Part shown: positions 9,901-18,732 of the stretch, piece after piece
How positions within the stretch are numbered: position 1 is the stretch's first letter
How the letters are laid out: every line of letters starts with the position of its first letter
The notes under the pieces: model-generated
Database searches by the model: none
What the model saw: the letters and a program-made list of their open reading frames with translations, nothing else
Told to the model about the DNA's origin: nothing
DNA from: an uncultured Lachnospiraceae bacterium
Lineage (GTDB): Bacteria > Bacillota > Clostridia > Lachnospirales > Lachnospiraceae
Reading direction: 5' to 3'
Length of the DNA stretch: 64,000 bases
Assembly: GCA_964407765.1 (NCBI GenBank)
Contig: CAYOWU010000004.1
Coordinates: forward strand, 28,727-92,726
Translations under genes and position numbers: made by a program

Positions 9901-12900
9901 GATGTCTGGCTGTGATTGGCGTAGTTGTAAAGAATCTCGCCCGGGCAGCGTTCGTTTTGGCGTATATAGTCTTCCAGTTCTTTGTATTGTCTGTCCAGCT
10001 CGGCGTAGGCGTTTTTGATGTCCATCCAGCAGGCGGAGCCAGCGGCGGCGAATTGCTGGAAGGGACGCAGGCCTGCGCTTTTGGAGGCGTGGAACAGCGC
10101 CGCGCACATTTTTTCCAGATTCTTCTGGGCGGCGCCTGAGAGCGTTATGCCTGAGAGCGCGTTTCCGGTTTTGGAAAACGCCTGGCCCAGACCCAGGCTG
10201 ATCATGCTTATGGCGGTGGAGAAGGCCAGCTTCTGTTTGTATGCGCTCAGTTTCTCCTCAAGCCGCATGTATTCGTCCGTCTGCTGGTTGGATATGCTGG
10301 CCAGCATGGATTGCGCCTGTTTCATGGCTTCCGGGGCCAGAATTGCCTGGCCGTCTTTGCATTTCATGGAAAGCAGGCCGCTGATTTGTTCCCGCCGGCA
10401 TACAACGTCGAACTGGCTCTGGCACAGCATGCGGCTCATGTTTTGGTAATCAGTCCGCGCGGCCACGGACGGCGACGCGTTTAAGAGCGCGTCGGCTGTC
10501 TGGAGAATCCAGGAGCCGCTTTGGCCGGCGGCGCTTTTCGGGGCGGCTTTTCGGGCCGTCTTTTTCGTCTGTTCGTCGGACGGCAGCTTCAGATCTAAGG
10601 GGACCCTAAAGGCGCAGGCATATTCTTGTTCTGTGTCTACCAGGGTGTAAACAATCCCCTGCGCGTTGGCCTCCGCTTTCAGATACTGGGTCTCACAGAG
10701 GACGAAGCCGTCTTTTTCCAGTGTGCCTGTGTCGTAATCGGCGTAATTTAGTTTCTCAATCTCCATGTCCCAGGCGGCGTTGTCGTCATCGGTCAGGGAG
10801 AAGGCCAGCTCTGCGGCATCTGCTGTGTCCTTGTTGACGGACACTTCCATCCGGTCGTTTAGCTGCCGTTTTAGGTTTTCCAGGAATTTCTCTGTTTCCT
10901 CTGGCGCATCGGGATGGGAGGCGGCGCTGCATTCTTCGGATTTGGAGAATCCGTCGCAGAAATAGCTTACGCCCACGTTCACCGGCGCGTCATTGAAAAC
11001 AGAAAATTCGCCGCACGCCACCCAGGCTTTTTTCACCGAATCATAAGCGGCGTTTAAGCGGCGGGCGTTTCCGGATTTCATGTATACACAGAGCGTTACA
11101 TCCTCCGCCAGCGATGCGTTCCCGGTAAAGTCTATGACGAAAGTAAAGCTGGTATAACGGCCCGGCCACATCCGGTAGGAGCCCGGTTTTCCCGGATGCA
11201 GGAAATCAAACACCGTTTCGTTCTGTCCCCGGTCGCCCCGGTTGTACATGGTGACTTTGGAAACTTCGATAACGGACGTATCGTACAGCAGGGTGGCTGT
11301 GTCGGTGGTCAGCGTCTTTCCATTGGAGCCCGGATATTTCACCTCCGCGTAAATGTCGTGGTAGCTGTAGGAATAGGGATGGAGCAGGTCAAAATTCAGC
11401 GACCAGCTCCCCACGGCGTTTGCCTGGGCGGTTCCTTTCACCGGCTGGCCATTGTCAAAGACGCGGATTGTGCTTTTGGGCACGGCTTTTCCGGTGACGG
11501 TGATGTTTTTTTCGTCCGCTTTGCGCTCCGGCACATGGATGGTCGCGCTCTCAGCGGTAAAATGCGCCGTGCCGACGGGCTGTTCCATGGGGCTTCCGTT
11601 TGCAAAAAAGCGAAGATTGGCGGAAATGTCTTTTGCGCCGCCTTTTAAAGGTGTTATATAGCATTTGACGTTTCCGTTTCCACTGCCTGTGGGCACGGTT
11701 AGGGTGTTGTTCTGCTCATCGTAGCTGTAGGAGGCGGCTGGTTTTCCGCCTACGGTTACGCTGCCGGACCGGAGCTCCGTGTCCTGGGGCAGTTTCAGCT
11801 TCACCTGGCAGTCGGATGCCGCGTAGCCGGGCTTTACCTGGTATTTGGCGGTGAGCATGACCCATTGGCCGGCGACGGCGGTGGACTGGCTGGCGGTCAG
11901 GAAGGTCTGGGTTTTGTCCAGACAGTACCGCTGCTCCTCGTCCAGCGCCGGAAGGCGGATGTTCCCCAGGTCTGTGATTTTTCCGTTTGAAATGGAAATG
12001 TTTTTGGTCACATAGTCGCTTTCCTTCAGGCCGGATTGCTGTAAATCGGAGATTTGGGAAATCCCCGGCAAAAGGGCCGTATTTTCCATAAACGCCGCCT
12101 GGTAGTTTCCCTGGGGCAGCGGAGCGGAAGTGAACGCCTGCGTTGCTGTGATTTCTTTTTCCAGCAGAACGCCTGCCTGGTCAAAGACAAGGACGGCGGT
12201 TTCGTTTGCGTCGCCCAGCAGACCTGCCGTAAAAAAGCCGTTTTGCAAAAAATCAATGGTCACGCTGCCAAAGCCCTGGCCGTCCAGTTTCGCTTCTGCG
12301 GGATCGGCCGTCATAAAGTCATTTTTGTCCGTGGCAGTGACGGCGATGACATCCGCGGGGCTGGCGGCGCCTTCTTCCAGCACGAGATAAGGATACTGCA
12401 CAGAAAATCCGGTAATTTCCTTATCCTGGGTTTTGTTGCGCAAAGCGAAAGTCAGCCCGTTGGCGTTGGTCAGCGCTGTCGTGGTTGAAGCCTCGCCCGA
12501 AGCGGCGGCGCTTGTCAGCCGAAGGTTTAGGCGGATTTTCTGTTTCGGGAGCTTTAAGAGTGTCTCCGTTCCCAGGTCAATGTCGCCCGCGGCCCTGTCG
12601 GCAATAACCGTTATGCGCCGTTTGTAGTAGCCGTCCGCCTGGATCTCCCCTGTGGTGGGAAGGTTTTGGATGGACGCGCTGTACCGGCCATTCGCATCGG
12701 CGGTCAGGTCGATGGTTTTCTTTTTGCCGCCCACGGTCTGAGTCAATGTAATAGCTGCGCCCGGCAGGCCCTGGCCGTCTTCGCCAGCGACTTTGCCGGC
12801 AATCGCAACCTGGCCGATTTCCTCCAGGGCGCAGGTGAGTTCCAGACGCTCTTCGGCCACATTGTACAGCGGAACGGTTTGTTCCTTTGGCGGCAGATAG

Positions 12901-15900
12901 GCGTTTGCCTGTGCCTCGTCCAGCTCAATGCGGTAAGTAACTTCGGTTAAATCTCCCGGCACAGTGATGGGGGAGCCTTCCCCCAAAGCTTCCCCTGCAA
13001 AATCCTGCCATATAATTTTGAAGCTTCCGGGCAGGGACGCGCCTTTCTGGTCGGTGATGGCCAGCGTCAGGGTTGTGGCGGTGATGCAGGGGATGTTGTT
13101 TTCCCGGGCATAAGTTTCTCCGTAAGAGCCAGTGGCCGCTTTCAGCTTGAATGATTCGGAGTGGTTAGAAAAAGCTTCTCTGCCGATGGCGTTGACTGTT
13201 CGCGGAATAATCAGTGTCTTCAGGCCGGAGCATCCGTTAAAAGCGTTATCCCCAATGCTGGATATGTTCGGAGGAATGGCAAGTTTTGTAAGGCTGCTGC
13301 AATTTTGGAAAACGCCGTTTCCCAGGCTTGTCATTTCCATCATTTGTTCGGTAAGATGGATCTCGGACAGGCTGTTTAATCCGTTGAATGCATTGTCAGG
13401 CAAAGAATCTGTCCATCCAAATTCAAAATCGTATCCGCCGCCGATGGGGCCGGCTGTCTTCAGGTCATTGTTATCAGCGAAAACATTAATGCCGATTTTT
13501 GTTAAAGTTGATGGAATGCGCACTTTTTTCAGTTTTCCCGTGCTGTCTGTATTCTCCGCATTGCCGCTTTCTGTATCTGATAAGCTAAAAGGAGGACCGA
13601 AAGGAGGATCCGATCCGCAAAAAGCGTAATCGCCTATTTCTTTTATGCTGTCAGGAAGTATGGCCTCTGTCAGGAAAGCGCCTCGGAAAGCGCATTCACC
13701 GATATGGGTAAGACCTTCCGAAAATGTCACATCCGTCAGGCCGGAATCTCTAAAAGCCCAGTTGTCAATATGAGTGACATTATCTGGTATAATTATTTTT
13801 TTCAGCCCTTCACATCTAAAAAAAGCGCAGAAGTTTATGGATGTGACATTTACCGGGATTTTTATTTCTGTCAGCCCTTTGCAGTAACAAAAAGTAGCGT
13901 TGCCTATCAATGTGACATTATCTGGGATATTTATTTTTGTCAATCTTTCGCAGTAAGCAAAAGCGCCGTCGCCTATAGATGAAACATTATCCGGGATAGT
14001 TACTTCAGTCAGCCCTGTACAGCCACAAAAAGCGCTCATGCCTATGGATGAAACATTATCTGGTATACTTATTTTTGTCAGCGCTGTACAGTAAGCAAAA
14101 GCGCCGTCGCTTATGGATGTGATATTATCCGGGATAGTTACTTCAGTCAGTCCTTCACAGTTACCAAAAGCATAGTTGCCTATGGATGTGACGCTTTTTG
14201 GGATATTTATTTTTGTCAGTCCTTTACAGCCATTAAAAGCGCTGTCGCCTATGGATGTGACGCTTTCTGGAATAGTTATTTCTGTCAGTCCTTCACAATC
14301 CTGAAAAGCATAGTTGCCTATGGATGTGACGCCTTTTGGGATAGTAACTTTTGTCAAACTTGTACAGCCAGAAAAAGCGCTGTCGTCTATGGATGTGATA
14401 TTTACCGGGAGTGTTATTTCTGTCAGAGCTCCACAGTAATTAAAAATTTCACCAGGGAAAGAATCTGTCCATCCAAATTCAAAATCGTACCCGCCACCGA
14501 TGGGGCCGGCTGTTTTCAGACCGGCGTTGCTGAAAGCGTAGTAACCGATCGTTGTCAAAGATGCCGGGACGCGCAGTTTTTTCAGATTTCCGATGGGATC
14601 CACATCTCCCCCGTCGGTGTCATAACGAGACGGAACATCATAAAAAGCATAATCGCCTACTTCTGTTATGCTGTCAGGAAGTATGGCCTCTTCCAAGGGA
14701 GTGCATCGGAAAGCGGACTCACCGATATGGGTAAGGTTTTTCGGAAATGATATCTCCTTCAGGCCGGAGAGATAGAAAGCCTGGCTGCCAATACGCGTGA
14801 CGCCATCCGGGAGTGTGACCTTTGTCAGCGCCGTGCAGTCACTGAATGTATTGTCTGGAATAGCGTCTGTCCATCCGAATTCAAAGTCATATCCGCCGCC
14901 AATGGGGCCGGCTGTCTTGAGTGTGTCGATCCCCGAGAATGCACTTCTGTCTATTGATGTAACATTTGCCGGGATTGTTATTCTTGTCAATCCGCAGCAA
15001 CCAAAGGCAAAGTCTCCAATGTGGGTGAGGCTTTCCGGAAAGTTTATTTTTTTCAATGCATCTGTGTACGAAAAAGCACAAAATTCAATTCTGGAAATGC
15101 TTTCTGGGAGCGTCACTTCTTCCAGGTAAGAAGCGCCATAGAAAGCATATTTAGGTATGGAGTCCGTCCATCCAAATTCAATATTATACCCGCCGCCGAT
15201 GGGGCCGGCTGTTTTTAATTCTTTGGATGACAGTGAATTAGAGTTAAGTCCTTCTACGCTATCCGGAATATTTATTTTCTGCAGACTGTCACATTTGTAA
15301 AAGGCGTCACTGCCTATTTTTGTCACAGTATCCGGGAGAATCGCCTGGGTCATATTTTTAAATTCTTTAAAGGCGATATAGCCTATTTCCGTTATTCCAG
15401 GCTTGATCTCAAGGGTTTTTACGTATCCATTATAATACTTTTGTAAATCTGGATAATCTAAAGCGTCAATTTTCCCCGTGCCGCTGATCTTCAGATCGCC
15501 GGTGTCCAGGTTCAGTTCCCATGTGGCGTTTGGGCCGCACTGGCCGGTTTCGATCCCGGTCTGCGCCTTCGCCTGTGGCTCATCCGGAAGGATCTCCTCG
15601 TTTTGAGCCCCATTTTGAGGGGTCTGGGCCGGGGCTTGCCGCTTCTTTTTAGTTTCCGCTGGCGTCGGGGATGCGTCTGCCGTATCTTCTGAAATGACCG
15701 CTTCCGGCTGGCTGTCTTCGGCCGTTTCTGGAGGGAGAGCGTCGTTTTCGCCGTCTGCAGGAAGAATTTCCTGATTTTGGCCGCCGGCCTCTGGGGTGAC
15801 GGTGACTGGCTGGTTGATTTCGGGTTCTTCTGTCCCATAGCTGGCCAGAGTGATTTCCGGCAGCAGAGAGACGGCCAGGGTAATGGCCAGAAGCATAGAG

Positions 15901-15932
15901 AAGAACCTTTTAAAGTTTCTTTTTCTTTGCAT
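6942..15932 (-). CDS. Giant (2996 aa) cell-surface protein: signal peptide, BspA-type LRR array, Ig/carboxypeptidase-regulatory-like domains, three Fn3-associated (CHB_HEX_C-like) domains alternating with Ig-like domains, C-terminal LRR plus basic tail
   Basis: Many TxIxxxAFxxCxxLxxIxIP 23-aa repeats; three xTLSTxTxGAxIYYTLDGSxP repeats; signal peptide RFFSMLLAITLAVSLLPEITLA; AAGGAG RBS. Confidence 0.88.
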   Translation of the reverse strand: MQRKRNFKRFFSMLLAITLAVSLLPEITLASYGTEEPEINQPVTVTPEAGGQNQEILPADGENDALPPETAEDSQPEAVISEDTADASPTPAETKKKRQAPAQTPQNGAQNEEILPDEPQAKAQTGIETGQCGPNATWELNLDTGDLKISGTGKIDALDYPDLQKYYNGYVKTLEIKPGITEIGYIAFKEFKNMTQAILPDTVTKIGSDAFYKCDSLQKINIPDSVEGLNSNSLSSKELKTAGPIGGGYNIEFGWTDSIPKYAFYGASYLEEVTLPESISRIEFCAFSYTDALKKINFPESLTHIGDFAFGCCGLTRITIPANVTSIDRSAFSGIDTLKTAGPIGGGYDFEFGWTDAIPDNTFSDCTALTKVTLPDGVTRIGSQAFYLSGLKEISFPKNLTHIGESAFRCTPLEEAILPDSITEVGDYAFYDVPSRYDTDGGDVDPIGNLKKLRVPASLTTIGYYAFSNAGLKTAGPIGGGYDFEFGWTDSFPGEIFNYCGALTEITLPVNITSIDDSAFSGCTSLTKVTIPKGVTSIGNYAFQDCEGLTEITIPESVTSIGDSAFNGCKGLTKINIPKSVTSIGNYAFGNCEGLTEVTIPDNITSISDGAFAYCTALTKISIPDNVSSIGMSAFCGCTGLTEVTIPDNVSSIGDGAFAYCERLTKINIPDNVTLIGNATFCYCKGLTEIKIPVNVTSINFCAFFRCEGLKKIIIPDNVTHIDNWAFRDSGLTDVTFSEGLTHIGECAFRGAFLTEAILPDSIKEIGDYAFCGSDPPFGPPFSLSDTESGNAENTDSTGKLKKVRIPSTLTKIGINVFADNNDLKTAGPIGGGYDFEFGWTDSLPDNAFNGLNSLSEIHLTEQMMEMTSLGNGVFQNCSSLTKLAIPPNISSIGDNAFNGCSGLKTLIIPRTVNAIGREAFSNHSESFKLKAATGSYGETYARENNIPCITATTLTLAITDQKGASLPGSFKIIWQDFAGEALGEGSPITVPGDLTEVTYRIELDEAQANAYLPPKEQTVPLYNVAEERLELTCALEEIGQVAIAGKVAGEDGQGLPGAAITLTQTVGGKKKTIDLTADANGRYSASIQNLPTTGEIQADGYYKRRITVIADRAAGDIDLGTETLLKLPKQKIRLNLRLTSAAASGEASTTTALTNANGLTFALRNKTQDKEITGFSVQYPYLVLEEGAASPADVIAVTATDKNDFMTADPAEAKLDGQGFGSVTIDFLQNGFFTAGLLGDANETAVLVFDQAGVLLEKEITATQAFTSAPLPQGNYQAAFMENTALLPGISQISDLQQSGLKESDYVTKNISISNGKITDLGNIRLPALDEEQRYCLDKTQTFLTASQSTAVAGQWVMLTAKYQVKPGYAASDCQVKLKLPQDTELRSGSVTVGGKPAASYSYDEQNNTLTVPTGSGNGNVKCYITPLKGGAKDISANLRFFANGSPMEQPVGTAHFTAESATIHVPERKADEKNITVTGKAVPKSTIRVFDNGQPVKGTAQANAVGSWSLNFDLLHPYSYSYHDIYAEVKYPGSNGKTLTTDTATLLYDTSVIEVSKVTMYNRGDRGQNETVFDFLHPGKPGSYRMWPGRYTSFTFVIDFTGNASLAEDVTLCVYMKSGNARRLNAAYDSVKKAWVACGEFSVFNDAPVNVGVSYFCDGFSKSEECSAASHPDAPEETEKFLENLKRQLNDRMEVSVNKDTADAAELAFSLTDDDNAAWDMEIEKLNYADYDTGTLEKDGFVLCETQYLKAEANAQGIVYTLVDTEQEYACAFRVPLDLKLPSDEQTKKTARKAAPKSAAGQSGSWILQTADALLNASPSVAARTDYQNMSRMLCQSQFDVVCRREQISGLLSMKCKDGQAILAPEAMKQAQSMLASISNQQTDEYMRLEEKLSAYKQKLAFSTAISMISLGLGQAFSKTGNALSGITLSGAAQKNLEKMCAALFHASKSAGLRPFQQFAAAGSACWMDIKNAYAELDRQYKELEDYIRQNERCPGEILYNYANHSQTSIGASGSSGNTGSSGQGQSSWSVKSPDIDKVPILDPSGYVCEAVSSNRLADVTATIYYRKNDQGGDGAKWDAAEYDQKNPLTTFADGSYAWDVPEGQWRVKYEKEGYQTAYSDWMPVPPPQTEVNIAMTANAAPQIERVNAYNDNVKITFSQYMDIESVKADSVAVTANGQKITGTVAPYDAEPSLTKENGRCAKTFVFTPDKTLSGEIRVRVAGTAANYAGKTIGTAYETNKTIQAEPKSLEADSIQLLTHTAGNLEVQIAPAEAAAAGLIITAQSFTPAIVTVQEERVQADADGKAVIALNGQLPGAGEILLSLEGTDITKSVEINVTSQLQEACEKVTASPASGTAVQKGTKVTLSTATEGAQIYYTLDGSCPCETDSPSRKKYSEPLAITQDTQIIAYAVKEGMADSPAARFSYTIAGDATVEEPLSIQANDQVDIALNAEAQLTCRILPAQAGSGRTVTAESLAPDIVSVLTQSVTAASDGSAALRLKGLKKGTAVITLTIAGTAVTKKITAAVTDAGQTETNICAAVSANIKSGSSVRKGTKVILSTNTPGADIYYTLDGSDPCSESSQTRMKYTDPLTLTKDTTIRACAAKKGMRHSDAAEFTYKILKEPERIQAQDHADLEPQTEITVSCQILPKEAATGLTVTATSSAPDIVSAPTDALPVDENGSAAIKLKGLKTGTATVTLAITGTDIAKEITVSVAKRSAPPATNVCAAVSANIKSGSSVKKGTKVILSTNTSGADIYYTLDGSDPRKANNRARKKYAKPLTIAKAVKIKACAVKKGMADSAVTVFSYRIQKAPSAPQKKLKKGNTFTLSGSGLKFTVTKAAKGKTPGQAQVKGLNGKKTKVTIPAKVTAPATGEAFLVTSIGAKAFKNHKKLATAKIGNNVQTIGSQAFYGCKKLKSVTLGTGVRTIGSRAFCKCGKLAKITVKSKKLHKVGSQAITGIHKKAKIKVPARKLKAYKKKFSKKTGKKATMKIVK
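7490..8880 (-). repeat. Three Fn3-associated/CHB_HEX_C-like domain repeats alternating with Ig-like domains
   Basis: Near-identical DNA blocks (gtccagggtgtagtaaatgtccgcgcc) at about 7640 and 8208, with related copies at about 8787 and 16827 in the paralog. Confidence 0.8.
13407..15215 (-). repeat. Four copies of the 18-aa KTAGPIGGGY(D/N)(F/I)EFGWTD spacer within the LRR array
   Basis: 54-bp copies at 13407-13460, 14463-14516, 14865-14918 and 15162-15215. Confidence 0.9.
13760..14420 (-). repeat. Tandem 69-bp (23-aa) LRR-coding DNA repeats, about 9-10 units
   Basis: Recurrent cctatggatgtgac/gaaac and aaaagcgc(t/c)gtcgc segments at 69-bp period. Confidence 0.85.
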
Positions 15933-15960
15933 TTGAATGCTCCTTTCCTTTTAGATGCAT

Positions 15961-16057
15961 TTTCGGCAATTGAAAAACGCCCCTTACGTCAGCCGGAATC
16001 CGGGTGAAAATAGACAAATAAGGAGCGGATTAAAATTTAGCTTTGCAATTGCCTATA
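15961..16057 (-). repeat. Internally deleted copy of the long-hairpin element at 28615-28762, in the leader of the 2996-aa gene
   Basis: 21-bp exact match (16007-16027 = reverse complement of 28696-28716) plus matching ends ATAGGCAATTG...CAATTGCC. Confidence 0.7.
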
Positions 16058-16075
16058 AATGGTTTTGATGTCTTC

Positions 16076-16135
16076 ATTTTACTATGGCGAACTTTTTTTG
16101 CAAAGCAGCTATAAATTCATGTTTTTAAATTGTTT
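16076..16135 (-). promoter_or_regulatory. Duplicated 60-bp promoter segment, copy 1 (upstream of the 2996-aa gene)
   Basis: 57/60 identical to 18733-18792; minus strand reads TTGCAA-16 bp-TAAAAT. Confidence 0.75.
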
Positions 16136-16159
16136 GAAACACAATTTCCGAATTTAAAT

Positions 16160-16187
16160 GGGGAAACGGTCAGATGTCCGTTTCCCC
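16160..16187 (-). terminator. Terminator of the 834-aa LRR gene
   Basis: GGGGAAACGG / CCGTTTCCCC hairpin just past the stop codon. Confidence 0.65.
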
Positions 16188-16197
16188 CGATCTGTGC

Positions 16198-18702
16198 TTA
16201 TTTTACAATTTTCATGGTCGCTGCTTTACCTGTTTTTTTGGTGAATATCTTTTTATAGACTTTCAGCTTTCTGGCCGGGACTTTAATCTGGGCTTTTTTG
16301 TGGATGCCCGTGATTGCCTGGCTGCCTACTTTGTTCAGCTTTGTGGATTTCACGGTGATTCTGGTGAGCTTGCCGCATTTGTAGAACGCCCGGCTGCCGA
16401 TGGTTTTTACCTCGGTTCCCAGCGTGACGGACTTCAGTTTCTTGCAGCCGTAAAACGCCTGGGCGCCGATGGCGGTCACCTGGAATGTTTCGCCTGTGGC
16501 GGGGGCGGTGACTTTGGCGGGGATTGTGACGCTCGTCTTATTTTTGTTCAATCCCGTTACCTGCGCCTGTCCCGGCGTTTTCCCCTTGGCGGCTTTGGTC
16601 ACGGTGAGCTTCAGGCCGCTGCCGGAAAGGGTGAATGCGTTTCCTTTTTCCAGGTTCTTTTGCGGCACCGAAGCTGCGCCTTGAATGCTGTAAGAAAATG
16701 CGGCCACAGCGCTGTTATTCAGGTTCGTTTTCACCGCGCAGGCTTTTATTGTGACTTTTTTTGTAATGGTCAGCGGTCCGGCGTATTTTTTCCTGGACTT
16801 GTTGTTCGTCTTACTGGGGTCAGAGCCGTCCAGGGTGTAGTAAATGTCCGCGCCCTTGGTGGTTGTGGAAAGAGTGACTTTCGTTCCCTTTTTGACGGTG
16901 GAGCCGCTTTTGACGCTGGCGGACACGGCGGCGCATGTGGGAGGCTGTGGTTTTTTCAGTTCATGCCAGGTAAGCCGCCCTCCGTAATTTTTTCCGGCCA
17001 TGCTGGGCCAACGCTTGTTTGCGTAACTGTCGCCTGTATAATAGTATACATCGGCAGTCACTCCCTCAAATGTGTCCGGCGCCATGGAGTTGTGAGGCGT
17101 GTCGCCAAAGCGGATTTTTTTGAGGCTCGTGCAGCCCGAAAAGGCTTTTGGAGCGTTGCTTTCAAAATAAATGAACTTTGGTAAATCTATGTTTTTCAGG
17201 CTGCTGCAGTTTTGGAAAACGCCGCCGGCAATTTGTTCTGCGTCCGGCAGATTAATCTCTTCCAGGCTGCTGCACCCTTTAAACGCGTCGGTCCGGAGAT
17301 ATTTTACACCAGATAAATCCGCCGCCTTCAGGCCGGTGCAGTTCTCAAAAGCTCTGAACGATACATCCACATTTGCATTTTTTTTCTCTGAAAATAAAAC
17401 CGTTTCCAGGCCGGTGCAGTTCTCAAATGCATTTTGCTCTATTTCCTCAAGATTTTTGGAGAAAGATACATGTGTCAGACCTGCACATCCCGAAAAAGCC
17501 CGGGAGCCAATCTTTTGCAGTGAGGCTGGCATATGGATTCCTGCGTTTGTGCAGTCCACAAATGCATATTCTCCAATCTCTGTGACGGAATCCGGGAGCC
17601 TAACGCTCTTTAATGATTTGCATCCATACAGAATATAGGGCAGTATTTTTTTTGTCCCCTCTGCAAATGTAACTTCTTCCAGCGACTGCGAAAGCAAGTA
17701 TCCATGGCTGTAATTGTCCTCCCTGATTACCTTTGTAAGAGCGCTTGGAACAGTGAGCTTTTTGACCGCTGTATCGCCGAAAACGTAATGGCCAAGACCT
17801 GTCAGGCTGTCCGGCAGGGTTACCTCGGCCAGAGTTTCGCACCTTTCAAACGCACCTGCTTCAATCTCGGCGACTCCGGACAGATCCACCTGAGTCAGGG
17901 AGGCGCATTTAAAAAATGCCTCTTTTCCTATTCTTACCGGCGTCCGGCTGCTGCCCTGAAATGTGATTGCTTTTAAGACCCCACAATTTTGGAATGCGCG
18001 TTCTCCCACTGTTTCCAGGCTTTCCGGGAAGGTCAGGCTTTTGATCGACCATCCGCTGAATGCGTATTTTCCAATTTCCTTCAGCGTGCTTGGCAGAACG
18101 ATCGAATATTCTCCGCTTTCATCCAGTCCGCTGCCAGCAATGCTCATCAGGTAGTCCGGTATTCTGGTCATGCCTTCTTCAAATGTAACACTTCGGATCG
18201 GTCCATCAAATGGACCCTTCCCATAACTCTCGCCCGCAGTTTTCAGGGATTTGGGAATTGTTATGCTGGTGATCCTTGTAATTTGAAAAGCTTGCTTTCC
18301 CAGAATCTCCAGATTTTTCGGCAGGGTAACCGCCGTCAATGCCAGGCAGCGGTAGAATGCAAGGTCCCCGATTTCTATTACAGAGTCCGGGAATGTTACG
18401 CTGGAGAGGGAGCTGTAGCCCCCAAACGCGCCTTCTCCGATTCTGGTTACTTTGTATCCGTCAATATATTCCGGTATATTTACGGAGGTAACGTTGTTAT
18501 TTGAGCAGCCGGTGATGGTCGCTTCGGAACCGTTTGTCGTATATTGAAGTCCGTCGGCCGCCTGCGCTTGTGGCGCGTCGGATGCATCCAATGCCGCGTT
18601 GGACTCCGGCAGCGCCTGCGCGTCTGCCCTCCCGCACAGTCCGATGCTCAGAACTGCCAGCAGTATCAAAAACAGGACTTTTTGAGTTGCTTTTTCTTTC
18701 AT
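16198..18702 (-). CDS. BspA-type leucine-rich repeat surface protein (834 aa), paralog of the 2996-aa protein
   Basis: Signal peptide, LRR_5-like repeats, one Fn3-associated domain; last ~250 aa highly similar to the 2996-aa C-terminus. Confidence 0.9.
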   Translation of the reverse strand: MKEKATQKVLFLILLAVLSIGLCGRADAQALPESNAALDASDAPQAQAADGLQYTTNGSEATITGCSNNNVTSVNIPEYIDGYKVTRIGEGAFGGYSSLSSVTFPDSVIEIGDLAFYRCLALTAVTLPKNLEILGKQAFQITRITSITIPKSLKTAGESYGKGPFDGPIRSVTFEEGMTRIPDYLMSIAGSGLDESGEYSIVLPSTLKEIGKYAFSGWSIKSLTFPESLETVGERAFQNCGVLKAITFQGSSRTPVRIGKEAFFKCASLTQVDLSGVAEIEAGAFERCETLAEVTLPDSLTGLGHYVFGDTAVKKLTVPSALTKVIREDNYSHGYLLSQSLEEVTFAEGTKKILPYILYGCKSLKSVRLPDSVTEIGEYAFVDCTNAGIHMPASLQKIGSRAFSGCAGLTHVSFSKNLEEIEQNAFENCTGLETVLFSEKKNANVDVSFRAFENCTGLKAADLSGVKYLRTDAFKGCSSLEEINLPDAEQIAGGVFQNCSSLKNIDLPKFIYFESNAPKAFSGCTSLKKIRFGDTPHNSMAPDTFEGVTADVYYYTGDSYANKRWPSMAGKNYGGRLTWHELKKPQPPTCAAVSASVKSGSTVKKGTKVTLSTTTKGADIYYTLDGSDPSKTNNKSRKKYAGPLTITKKVTIKACAVKTNLNNSAVAAFSYSIQGAASVPQKNLEKGNAFTLSGSGLKLTVTKAAKGKTPGQAQVTGLNKNKTSVTIPAKVTAPATGETFQVTAIGAQAFYGCKKLKSVTLGTEVKTIGSRAFYKCGKLTRITVKSTKLNKVGSQAITGIHKKAQIKVPARKLKVYKKIFTKKTGKAATMKIVK

Positions 18703-18732
18703 AAAGTTCTCCTTTCAAATTATATTTCCTTA

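Noticed and set aside
13760-14420. Regularly spaced repeats as a possible CRISPR array
   Set aside because: They are in-frame 69-bp LRR coding units with no unique spacers and no cas genes.
15933-16075. c-di-GMP-I riboswitch in the giant gene leader (GCAAAGCTA-like segment)
   Set aside because: It lacks the GCAAAC / GAAA tetraloop / GACGCAAA core, and the sequence is explained by the hairpin-element copy.
6942-18702. Diversity-generating retroelement or invertase shufflon acting on the LRR genes
   Set aside because: No reverse transcriptase, no adenine-specific TR/VR pair, no recombinase, and all repeats are direct rather than inverted.
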